Assembly: GCA_030684355.1 (NCBI GenBank)
Contig: JAUXTN010000238.1
Location: 106,690-170,689 of the forward strand
Reading direction: 5' to 3'
Origin: Pseudomonadota bacterium
GTDB lineage: Bacteria; Myxococcota_A; UBA796; SXON01
Length of the DNA stretch: 64,000 nt
Part shown: in pieces, positions 29,427-37,143 of the stretch
How the letters are laid out: the number at the start of each line of letters is the position of its first letter
Position numbering within the stretch: position 1 is the stretch's first letter
The notes under the pieces: generated by a model
Seen by the model: only the letters and a program-made list of their open reading frames with translations
Databases searched by the model: none
What the model was told of the DNA's origin: nothing
Made by a program: the position numbers and the translations under genes

Positions 29427-30467
29427 ATGTTCACGCTCCTCCCCCCATCGCTGCAAGGCGGGCCGTCGCCTGGTGGCTCGTCGCTGCGCGCCATCACGCG
29501 TCTCTGGGTCGCCGGAGCCACGGGCGTGCTCCGCTGGCCGGGCGGCGAGCAGCGGGGCATCCGCGTGTGCCGGGGTGGGATTGTCAACGCCGCCGACTCA
29601 CAACCTCTGCGCGGAGCGCTGCGCGCCCCACGTGTCCAGTTCGATCCCAGCGCTGTCCCCGGGCCGACCGACCGGAGAGCGGTCGCCCGCTGTATCCTGG
29701 CGGAGGCGTTGCGCCTCGTGGGAGAGTCGGCTCCCGAGGGGGAGTTCGATGAGTTCACGCTCCTCGCGCCAGCCGCCCTCCTCGACGAGTTGGGCTTACA
29801 CCCTACGCTTCGTTGGCCCTTCGACGAGGAGCTGGATCTCGACCAGTTCGAGCCCAGGCGTATCCTCGCGCTGCGCATCCAGGCGCTCGCCTGTCTCGGG
29901 CTCGCGCGTGTCCGGACGGTCGCCCCGCCGCCGCCCGAGACCCGGTTCCAACCCGTGTCCGTCGCCCCCATGCCTTGCGCGCCCCCACCCATGCCGGCCG
30001 CGCCCCCTCCGGCGCCCAGCGTTGACCCGCTGGAGGGGTGGTCCCTCGACCCGGACCTGCTCGCCACCCAGGATGGCGAGGACGACCGGCTCGACGACCA
30101 GCTCCAACTGGCGCTCCAGCACGTCCAGCGCGAGCGCTGGGACGCGGCGGAGCAGCTCCTGGCGGAGTTGCGCAACCGGCGCCTGGACAACCCCCGGGTG
30201 CTCGCGCTCCTCGCTCTCGCCCGCGTCGGGGACCTCGCCCGGGTGACTACGGAGCGCGTCACCGACGCCCGACGTTGGATCCACCTCGCACAGGCGCTCG
30301 GCTCGGACGCAGCGGACACGGACAGGGTGTTGGACAGGGCGCGGGCACGCGTCGAGGAAGCGGAACGGGAGTTGGATGTGGCAGCCGTCGTCCCCTCTCC
30401 CCTGCCCCGTGCCCCGGCGGCGGAGGATACCGTGTCATCCACCTACTCCGTTGGGAGAACCTCATGA
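29427..30467 (+). CDS. DUF4388/PATAN-like N-terminal domain protein with a Pro-rich linker and TPR-like C-terminus
   Basis: 346-aa ORF. The sequence ..SLRAITRLWVAGATGVLRWPGGEQRGIRVCRGGIVNA.. fits the DUF4388 pattern. Its stop overlaps the next start (ATGA at 30464). Confidence 0.7.
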   Translation: MFTLLPPSLQGGPSPGGSSLRAITRLWVAGATGVLRWPGGEQRGIRVCRGGIVNAADSQPLRGALRAPRVQFDPSAVPGPTDRRAVARCILAEALRLVGESAPEGEFDEFTLLAPAALLDELGLHPTLRWPFDEELDLDQFEPRRILALRIQALACLGLARVRTVAPPPPETRFQPVSVAPMPCAPPPMPAAPPPAPSVDPLEGWSLDPDLLATQDGEDDRLDDQLQLALQHVQRERWDAAEQLLAELRNRRLDNPRVLALLALARVGDLARVTTERVTDARRWIHLAQALGSDAADTDRVLDRARARVEEAERELDVAAVVPSPLPRAPAAEDTVSSTYSVGRTS

Positions 30468-31078
30468 GGATCAACCGAGCCTCGCGCGAGATTTCGCTCA
30501 AGGTCGTCTATTATGGGCCCGGCTTGGGTGGCAAGACCACCAACCTCGTCCGGCTCCACGCCCGCTACGCGGCGGAGCAGCGCGGGGAGCTCATCAAGCT
30601 CGACACCGAAACGGAGCGCACGCTCTTCTTCGACTACTTCCCGCTCGCCTTCGGCGCGATCGCCGGGCATCGGGTCAAGATCGATTTCTTCACCGTGCCC
30701 GGCCAGTCCTTCTACCAGGCGACGCGGCAGGCGGTGCTGGAGGGGGTGGACGGCATCGTGTTCGTGGCAGACTCCCACCCGGACCGCGAGGAAGCGAACC
30801 TCGTGTCACGTGAGGACCTGGCGCGCAGCCTGGAGACGCGCGGGCGCTCGCTGGGCGCCGTGCCACACGTCTATCAATGGAACAAGCGTGACGTGCGCAA
30901 GCCGATCCCGGTGTCGATCCTGGGCCGGCTCCTCAACCCCGAGGGCGCCCCGGCCCTCGAGGCCGTTGCGACCACCGGCGTGGGCGTGTGGGAGACCCAG
31001 GCAGAGATCGTCAAGCTCGTGCTCCAGGGGCTGCGCGGCGCCCCCCGGCCCACGGCGATGGGAGCGGAGCGTGTCTGA
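30464..31078 (+). CDS. MglA-family Ras-like small GTPase
   Basis: MRINRASREISLKVVYYGPGLGGKTTN..ERTLFFDYFP..FTVPGQSFY..GIVFVADS..WNKRD.. is near-collinear with Myxococcus MglA (P-loop, switch I, PGQ, NKRD). Confidence 0.95.
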   Translation: MRINRASREISLKVVYYGPGLGGKTTNLVRLHARYAAEQRGELIKLDTETERTLFFDYFPLAFGAIAGHRVKIDFFTVPGQSFYQATRQAVLEGVDGIVFVADSHPDREEANLVSREDLARSLETRGRSLGAVPHVYQWNKRDVRKPIPVSILGRLLNPEGAPALEAVATTGVGVWETQAEIVKLVLQGLRGAPRPTAMGAERV

Positions 31079-31772
31079 GATCCTGCGCGGCCTCGGCGAC
31101 CGGATCGGCCTGTCCACGGTGCTCCAGCTCGCCGAGATGGAGTGCCTTAGCGGGCGGGTGTCGCTCACGTCCGGGGAGGTCGGCCTGCACGTCGGCACCA
31201 TCGTCCGCGCGCGGTGCGGGTCCCTCACCGGCGTGGAGGGCCTCCTCGAGCTCCTGCTCCGGCCCCCAGGCGGCTTCACGTTGGAGGTGACGGACCAGGC
31301 GGCCGCGCCGCCGCTGGGGAACCTCGCGAGCCTCATCCTGGAGGGGTGCCGGCTGCAGGACGAGTGGCGACGCGTAGAGGCGCGGGTGTTCGTCCCGGCC
31401 CGGCCCGACGCCCTCTCCGGGCCCCTCGCGGCGCTGCGGCCGGTGCTCGACGGTCGCCGCCGTATCGCGGAGGCGGTGACGCTCGCCCGCCTCGCCTGTT
31501 GCCGGGTCGCGGACCCGCTCGTCCAAGCGGTGGAAGCGGGAGATCTGCTCGAGCGCCCGGCGCCCCCCGTCCCCGCTGGCTCCAACGGGAGCGGACCGCC
31601 CGGCGGGACCTCGGTCGACTTCGACACGGCGATCGCCGAGGGGCGCCGGTGCGTCCGGGAGGGACGCCTCGACGTGGCCCGGGCCGCGTTCGAGCGCGCG
31701 CTCGGGGAGCGGCCCGACGATCGCATCGCTTTGCAGAACTTGCGGCGCCTCGCCGCCATCCAGGGGGCCTGA
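31071..31772 (+). CDS. DUF4388/PATAN domain protein with a TPR-like C-terminus
   Basis: The GTG at 31071 overlaps the GTPase gene's 3' end by 8 nt. Sequence: VSEILRGLGDRIGLSTVLQLAEMECLSGRVSLTSGEVGLHVGTIVRA.., with C-terminal ..AIAEGRRCVREGRLDVARAAFERALGERPDD... Confidence 0.8.
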   Translation: MSEILRGLGDRIGLSTVLQLAEMECLSGRVSLTSGEVGLHVGTIVRARCGSLTGVEGLLELLLRPPGGFTLEVTDQAAAPPLGNLASLILEGCRLQDEWRRVEARVFVPARPDALSGPLAALRPVLDGRRRIAEAVTLARLACCRVADPLVQAVEAGDLLERPAPPVPAGSNGSGPPGGTSVDFDTAIAEGRRCVREGRLDVARAAFERALGERPDDRIALQNLRRLAAIQGA

Positions 31773-32188
31773 TGGCCGGGATCGGGTTGGAACAACGAAT
31801 CACCAGGCTCCTCTCGGCGGGAAACGCCGAGGGTGGGTTTCCCATGGCGCTGGTGTGCACCGAGCAGGGCCTCCTCGTGGCGGCGTCAGGTGACCTGTCA
31901 CCGTGCGAGGACCTGGCGGCCCTGGCCAGCCTGTTCGACGATGTCGTCTCACGCATGCGGCGTGACATGGAAATGACGGCCATCGACGAGCTCGCGGTCC
32001 GTGACGGCCGCGTCGGCCGCTTCGTCATCCGGCCGTTGGTCCTGCGCACCCACGAGCGGATGTTCCTGGTCGTCCACGTGCCGCCCGCGCTGACCTGGCG
32101 CCGCACCACCAATCGGCTCTGCGTGGCGCTCCTCGCCGAGCTCGACCAACTGTGTGTCAACGAATCCGGAGGCCCCGATGACGCTTGA
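31772..32188 (+). CDS. Roadblock/LC7 (MglB-like) domain protein
   Basis: ATG 31772 shares 1 nt with the upstream stop. The 138-aa protein reads ..FPMALVCTEQGLLVAASGD..GRFVIRPLV..MFLVVHVP.., which is Roadblock-like. Confidence 0.8.
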   Translation: MAGIGLEQRITRLLSAGNAEGGFPMALVCTEQGLLVAASGDLSPCEDLAALASLFDDVVSRMRRDMEMTAIDELAVRDGRVGRFVIRPLVLRTHERMFLVVHVPPALTWRRTTNRLCVALLAELDQLCVNESGGPDDA

Positions 32189-33041
32189 GGTCGAACCCAT
32201 TCCACCCGGGCCGAGCCCCGCCATCCAGGAGCTCGGGAGCGTCAGCTTCGAATTGGACGACGAGGAGATCTACGCCCTCCTGAGCGAATCGCGGCCCGCC
32301 CCGGTGATGCATGCCGCCGATCTCGCCCCATCCGGCGAACTCCTGGCGGTGACACGGCGCATCGCCACCCAATACCTGGAGGTGCTGCAGGTGAGCGCCG
32401 CGGGCCTGTTCGCGGGCCACGATCCGCGTGGCAGCGCCGCCCAGTTGGTGACCGTGCTCGACGCGCTCGATCGGCTCGCCGCCGCGGGCAACGACGCGCC
32501 GCAGCGCGAGCTGCTCGCCGAGATTCGCCGCGCCGCGGACGCATTCCTGGCGGACCCACGGGGACAGGCGCGCAACCGCTTCCTCGCCCGGCTGCGCCCG
32601 TGGATCGTCCGGTACGCCGATCACCTCGGCGACGATGAGGGTCAACGGCTGCGGGCGTTGGTCTCCTTCGACATGGGCGAAGTCCCCCTCTTCTCCGAGC
32701 TCGCGGCGATCCCCGGCATCGGCCCGCGCCGCCTCGATCGCCTCTTCTGCGCGGGGTTGTACGCGGTGGAGGTCGTGAGCGGATCCAACCCCGTCGAGGT
32801 GGCCCAGGTCACCGGGCTGCCACGGGCCCTGGCGGAGGACGTGGTGGCCCGCGCCCGGGACTTCGCCGCCGAGCGGCGCCGCCGCTGTGTCGTCGAGATC
32901 CGAAACCACCTCGCGGAGTTCAGTCGCATCCTGGAAGGTATCGACGCGAACACCAACCCCGATCTCCACGCCCTCGCGCTCGGCGCGTTCCATGAAATGC
33001 ACGCGGTGGTGACCAGCCACCGGACGGAGTCCACCCGATGA
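32178..33041 (+). CDS. Hypothetical protein with a helix-hairpin-helix motif
   Basis: ATG 32178 is preceded by GGAGG at 5-nt spacing (the track start is GTG 32154). The HhH-like motif is LAAIPGIGPRRLDRLFCAGLY. The gene overlaps the upstream gene by 11 nt. Confidence 0.7.
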   Translation: MTLEVEPIPPGPSPAIQELGSVSFELDDEEIYALLSESRPAPVMHAADLAPSGELLAVTRRIATQYLEVLQVSAAGLFAGHDPRGSAAQLVTVLDALDRLAAAGNDAPQRELLAEIRRAADAFLADPRGQARNRFLARLRPWIVRYADHLGDDEGQRLRALVSFDMGEVPLFSELAAIPGIGPRRLDRLFCAGLYAVEVVSGSNPVEVAQVTGLPRALAEDVVARARDFAAERRRRCVVEIRNHLAEFSRILEGIDANTNPDLHALALGAFHEMHAVVTSHRTESTR

Positions 33042-33589
33042 CATGGCGAGCGATCGCGGAGCAGGTCTCCACGCGGACGGAGACACCCTATGCAACCACG
33101 CGCGCCGTGCTGGATGTCCTCTTGGAGGAGGTCGCCGCGCGCCTCGCGTTCGGAGAGCCCGTGTCCCTCCCCGGGATCGGCGTCCTGGACGGCCGATGGG
33201 CACCCGAGCGGGTCGTCCGGTCCGTGCACGACGGCCGGAAGGTGGCCATCGACGCGCGGTACCAACCCACGTTCCGGCCCTCGGCGCACCTCCGGGAGGT
33301 GCTGAGGAGCCGCTCGCCCCAGATGCTCCAGGATCCAGCCCACCAGCGGGCATGGCGCCTCGCCGAAGCCGTGATCGGCGACCTCGCCCTCTACCACGAG
33401 CAAGACGCCCCCCGCGATCTCAAAGGGGACACCGATCTCGCGACGGTGAACGCGCGATGCGCCCGGTCGCTCGGCGACGCCTGGACGCGCGCGCGGCGGA
33501 CCCACGACGACCAGACCTCACCGGCGGTGCGGGAGGCGCGGGATCACCTCGCGCTCGCCGCGCGTCGCCGGTGGGCCGACGCGGACTGA
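33038..33589 (+). CDS. HU/IHF-like DNA-binding protein with a C-terminal extension of about 90 aa
   Basis: ATGA overlap with the upstream gene. ..TRAVLDVLLEEVAARLAFGEPVSLPGIGVL..RVVRSVHDGRKVAIDARYQPTFRPSAHLREVL matches the HU fold pattern (dimerisation helices plus a beta-arm). Confidence 0.75.
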   Translation: MTWRAIAEQVSTRTETPYATTRAVLDVLLEEVAARLAFGEPVSLPGIGVLDGRWAPERVVRSVHDGRKVAIDARYQPTFRPSAHLREVLRSRSPQMLQDPAHQRAWRLAEAVIGDLALYHEQDAPRDLKGDTDLATVNARCARSLGDAWTRARRTHDDQTSPAVREARDHLALAARRRWADAD

Positions 33590-33633
33590 CACCAGCTCCC
33601 CGTCTCCACCCACGCCAACACCCGGAGATACAA

Positions 33634-34173
33634 TTGCCAGATCCAAAGGCCGTATTCGAACAGATGAAGTCGTTCCTCGACTTCGGTGACACGGACATCG
33701 CAAACCTGGCCAGCCTCGGCCCGGTGTTCGCCGAGCACGGCGGCAAGATCACCGACGAGTTCTACGAGATCCTCGACCGCTATCCGGAGACCGCGAAGCT
33801 GCTCGTGGGGCGCATCGATGCGCTCAAGACCACGCACAAGCGCTATCTCGGCGAGCTCTTCGCGGGTGACTACGGCGAGACCTACTTCCAGAACCGCATG
33901 CGCGTCGGCCACACCCACGTACGCGTAGGGCTCGATCCCTACTTCGTCGAGGCGGTGATGAGCTTCCTCCGCACCGCGGGGATGCTCACGATCCGTGGGG
34001 CCTTCGCCGACCCCGCCCAGGCCACCGCCTTGACCGCCAGCTACATGAAGGTCCTCGACCTGGACCTCCTGGTCATCAACCTCGCGTACAGCGAAGAGCG
34101 CCTGTCGCGCCTGACCAAGTTCACCGGCATGAGCCGCAAGCTCCTCGAGACTTGCATCCAACGCGCCACCTGA
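33634..34173 (+). CDS. Stand-alone protoglobin / globin-coupled-sensor-type haem domain
   Basis: ..ITDEFYEILDRYPETAKLL..KRYLGELFAGDYGETYFQNRMRVGHTHVRVGLDPYFVEAVMSFL.. places a proximal His in GHTHVRVGL. The start is either TTG 33634 (GGAGA upstream) or ATG 33664. There is no output domain. Confidence 0.8.
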   Translation: MPDPKAVFEQMKSFLDFGDTDIANLASLGPVFAEHGGKITDEFYEILDRYPETAKLLVGRIDALKTTHKRYLGELFAGDYGETYFQNRMRVGHTHVRVGLDPYFVEAVMSFLRTAGMLTIRGAFADPAQATALTASYMKVLDLDLLVINLAYSEERLSRLTKFTGMSRKLLETCIQRAT

Positions 34174-34209
34174 TCCGCCCCACTCCGAGCCACCCGTAGA
34201 GGTACCCAA

Positions 34210-34578
34210 ATGTCACGCGCCGACAACATCACCAAGCTCATCAAGACCCTGTCCAACACCACCCCCGACGTCGAGGCGTCCGCGGTCATCGACAACGACG
34301 GCCTCGTCATCGCGAGCGCCCTGCCCGCCGACATCGACGACGACGCCGTCGCGGCGATGAGCGCCGCCCTGCTCGGCATCGGCGAGCGCATCGTCTCCGA
34401 GCTCCGCCGTGGGAGCTTCGAGCTCGTCATGGTGCGCGGTGACGCCGGATACCTCATCCTCGCCCGTTGCGGGCCCGACGCGGTGCTGGCGATCCTGGCG
34501 GCGAAGAGCGCGAAGCTGGGGCTGATCTTCCTCGACGCGGCCCGCGCGGCGAAGGAAATCACCCGCAATCTCGGGTAG
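34210..34578 (+). CDS. Roadblock/LC7 (MglB-like) domain protein
   Basis: 122-aa ORF: ..VEASAVIDNDGLVIASALP..AAMSAALLGIGERIV..FELVMVRGDAGYLILARCG... AGAGG lies upstream of the ATG. Confidence 0.9.
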   Translation: MSRADNITKLIKTLSNTTPDVEASAVIDNDGLVIASALPADIDDDAVAAMSAALLGIGERIVSELRRGSFELVMVRGDAGYLILARCGPDAVLAILAAKSAKLGLIFLDAARAAKEITRNLG

Positions 34579-34633
34579 CACCGAGCGGGCGTTCTGGCGC
34601 CCTGGACCTTGACAAGGCGCTTGGGAGGGGGAC

Positions 34634-35659
34634 GTGGCGAGATCGGGGCGATTCCGGCGAAACCAAAGCTGGCCGTTCCTCGGCGCGGTCGCGGGTCGGC
34701 TGGGCCGGCTCGCCACGTCCGGCCTCTCCCTCCTGGCATCCAACGTGACAGGCCCTCCGCCCGAGGGCCTGTCACGTTCGGAGCGGACCACCGGGCCGAA
34801 TCGGGGTGCCAACCTCCAGTCATCAACCTGTCACATCGCGCGGCTCCGGAGTCAGTTGGGGGAGGATCTCGGCGATTGCGTCGCCGGGGGTTGTCTGCAG
34901 GTGCTGTGGCAACCGCAGGTCGAGATCGCGACCGGCCGCGTCGTCGCCATGGAGGCCCTCGCGCGGTGGTGCCACCCGCGGCACGGCGCCGTGTCGCCCG
35001 CCGTGTTCATCCCGATCGCCGAGGCGACGGGTAGTATCGTCCCCCTCGGTCGGCACGTGCTCGATCTCGCCATCCGCCAGCTGGCCTCATGGCAACGCCT
35101 GCATCCGACGCTCGCGCCGCCACGGATCGCGGTCAACCTGTCGGCGTGTCAGCTCCGGGATGACGCGACGCTCGGCGAGTGGGTGCAGGAGCGGCTCGGC
35201 GCGCACGGCGTGGCGCCGGGCCGCCTCGAGCTGGAGGTCACCGAGAGCACGCTCGTCGAACACCGCGCGCTGGCCGGTGCCCTGCTCGCCGAGATGCGCG
35301 CCGGGGGAGTCCGGGTCGCCATCGACGACTTCGGGACGGGCTACTCCAACCTCGCAAACCTGGCCGGGCTCCCATTCGACGTGATCAAGGTGGATCGCAC
35401 CTTTGTCGCGAGCATCGGCCTGGATCCGCGAGGCACCGCGGTGACGCGCCTCATCCTGGAGCTCGCGGAGCGCCTGGGCGCCGAGACGATCGCCGAAGGC
35501 GTCGAGACGGACGACCAGTTGGCATGGCTCGCGCGGATGGGCGCCACCCACGTGCAGGGATACCGGTTCAGCGAGCCACTCGACACGCCCGGCGCGACGA
35601 ACGTGTGGCTCCGCCAACCCTGGCTCCGTGCCGAGGGGCTCCGAGGCGTTCTCGACTGA
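34634..35659 (+). CDS. Stand-alone EAL-domain protein (c-di-GMP phosphodiesterase)
   Basis: Motifs: QPQVEIATGRVVAMEALARW, NLSACQL, ELEVTES, DDFGTGYSNL, IKVDR, AEGVET, HVQGYRF. The conserved domain starts near 34835. The start codon is uncertain: GTG 34634 or GTG 34745. Confidence 0.85.
   Translation: MARSGRFRRNQSWPFLGAVAGRLGRLATSGLSLLASNVTGPPPEGLSRSERTTGPNRGANLQSSTCHIARLRSQLGEDLGDCVAGGCLQVLWQPQVEIATGRVVAMEALARWCHPRHGAVSPAVFIPIAEATGSIVPLGRHVLDLAIRQLASWQRLHPTLAPPRIAVNLSACQLRDDATLGEWVQERLGAHGVAPGRLELEVTESTLVEHRALAGALLAEMRAGGVRVAIDDFGTGYSNLANLAGLPFDVIKVDRTFVASIGLDPRGTAVTRLILELAERLGAETIAEGVETDDQLAWLARMGATHVQGYRFSEPLDTPGATNVWLRQPWLRAEGLRGVLD
34745..34775 (+). promoter_or_regulatory. Perfect 13-bp stem / 5-nt loop hairpin (GTGACAGGCCCTC-CGCCC-GAGGGCCTGTCAC)
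   Basis: Read directly from the sequence. It lies between the second Roadblock gene and the conserved part of the EAL gene. No T-tract follows it. Confidence 0.6.
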
Positions 35660-35683
35660 TCCGGTTCGACGCCCTCCACGCCC

Positions 35684-36151
35684 TCACGTGAAGATGATCT
35701 GCGCCCCGTCGGCCAGGTCGTAGAAGTCGCCCGCGGTGATCACGTCGCGCACCTGGGGCAGGAGATCCGCCTTCGTGCGGCCGAACATCTTCATCGCGAG
35801 CTCGCACGCGTACAGCTCGGCGCCCGAGTCGTCGAGGATCTGGATGAATTCGCGCGCCCCGGGCAGGTCGAGCTCCTCCATCTTCCGCTTCATCATCGAC
35901 GCCGCGACGCTCTCCATGCCCGGCAGCCCCGCGATCATCGTCGGCAGGGGGCTCGTCGGGTTGCCTGCCATGTTGACGTGCAGGTGGTCGACCTTGCTCT
36001 CGGTGATGGCGTCGAGGCCCCAGAACGTGAAGAACACGAAGCAGTCGATGCCGGACTGGCGGGCGGCGTTGGCCAGGATGAGGGCCGGGTAGACCTCGTC
36101 GAGGCCCCCGTGGGAGCAGATGATGGCGATCTTGCGGTCGGGCGTGTCCAT
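35684..36151 (-). CDS. DsrE/DsrF-like sulfur-relay family protein
   Basis: 155-aa ORF: MDTPDRKIAIICSHGGLDEVYPALILANAA..CFVFFTFWGL..ELYACELAM... Confidence 0.9.
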   Translation of the reverse strand: MDTPDRKIAIICSHGGLDEVYPALILANAARQSGIDCFVFFTFWGLDAITESKVDHLHVNMAGNPTSPLPTMIAGLPGMESVAASMMKRKMEELDLPGAREFIQILDDSGAELYACELAMKMFGRTKADLLPQVRDVITAGDFYDLADGAQIIFT

Positions 36152-36169
36152 GAGGTCCTCCGATGGGCG

Positions 36170-37141
36170 TCAGATGCAGCCGGCCGGCTTGGGGATGCCG
36201 GCGAGGCGGGCGATGGTCTTGCCGGGCGCCTTCGTGAAGAGCGCGTAGATGTCCCTGGTGGCCATCCCGGTGCCGGCGGTGAGGCGGCGGATGTTGGGCG
36301 ACACACCCGTCTCCTGCCACTCCTGGCGCGCGAAGCCGATCAGCTTCCAACGGGCCTCTTCGAGTTGGATGCCCGACGTGGCGGCCATCGCCTCGGCCAG
36401 CTCGCGCGTCCACTGGGTCGGATCGGAGAGGAACCCGTCGTTGGTGTAGCCAACCCCGTCGAGGGTCGCCGCGGCGGCGCCGGGGGCGGTCGGCTTGCAC
36501 GAGGCGCCAGGCTTCGCGAACTTGCCAGAGCTGCCCGTGCCAGGGATGGCGCGCTTCGCGGGAACCGGCGCGGGCTCCGCGGCGGGGCGGGCCACGGTCC
36601 GGGGAGCGGCCTTCGGGGCAGCCGGGGTGGCCTTCGAGGCGGGCCGGGGGCTATTGGCCATGCGGTCGGCGGCGCGGCCGACGTGGCGGAGGAGCTCCAT
36701 CATCGTCGCCATGCCACGTTGCACGTCCTGGTCGCCCGCGGCGCGGACCATGCCGAACACGCCGAGCGGCTCGAGCCGATCGCGGTTCTGCACCACCTCG
36801 CCGGCCTCGCTCGCGAGCGCCAGGACCTCGGGCTGGGTGAGCGCGCGGACCGTGTCGAGCAGTGTGCTCACGTTCGCCGCGAAGGCATCGAGCTCCTCCT
36901 GGTCGTAGCGCTCCACCACGCGGTCGGCGACGGTCATCGCGGCGCGGCCGAAGCGGAAGTAGCCCTGGGTCTCCATCGCCGCGAGCCGCTCGGCGGCCAC
37001 GCCCATCGCCTGCTTCGCGATGGGCATCATCTCGTCGACCAGCTCCTCCATCCGGCGCTGGCGCTCGGCGACGTAGGCGAGGTCGGTGGCGATGCGGTCG
37101 AGCCGATCCTCGATGGTGAGGGGCGTCTGTTCGTGTGTCAT
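36170..37141 (-). CDS. DUF1641 domain fused through an Ala/Pro linker to a TusE/DsrC-family sulfur carrier
   Basis: This is the 3' part of track ORF 36170..38506. ATG 37141 gives MTHEQTPLTIEDRL... The C-terminus ..GFLSDPTQWTRELAEAMA..SPNIRRL..IARLAGIPKPAGCI has the penultimate Cys typical of DsrC/TusE. Confidence 0.85.
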   Translation of the reverse strand: MTHEQTPLTIEDRLDRIATDLAYVAERQRRMEELVDEMMPIAKQAMGVAAERLAAMETQGYFRFGRAAMTVADRVVERYDQEELDAFAANVSTLLDTVRALTQPEVLALASEAGEVVQNRDRLEPLGVFGMVRAAGDQDVQRGMATMMELLRHVGRAADRMANSPRPASKATPAAPKAAPRTVARPAAEPAPVPAKRAIPGTGSSGKFAKPGASCKPTAPGAAAATLDGVGYTNDGFLSDPTQWTRELAEAMAATSGIQLEEARWKLIGFARQEWQETGVSPNIRRLTAGTGMATRDIYALFTKAPGKTIARLAGIPKPAGCI

Positions 37142-37143
37142 CG

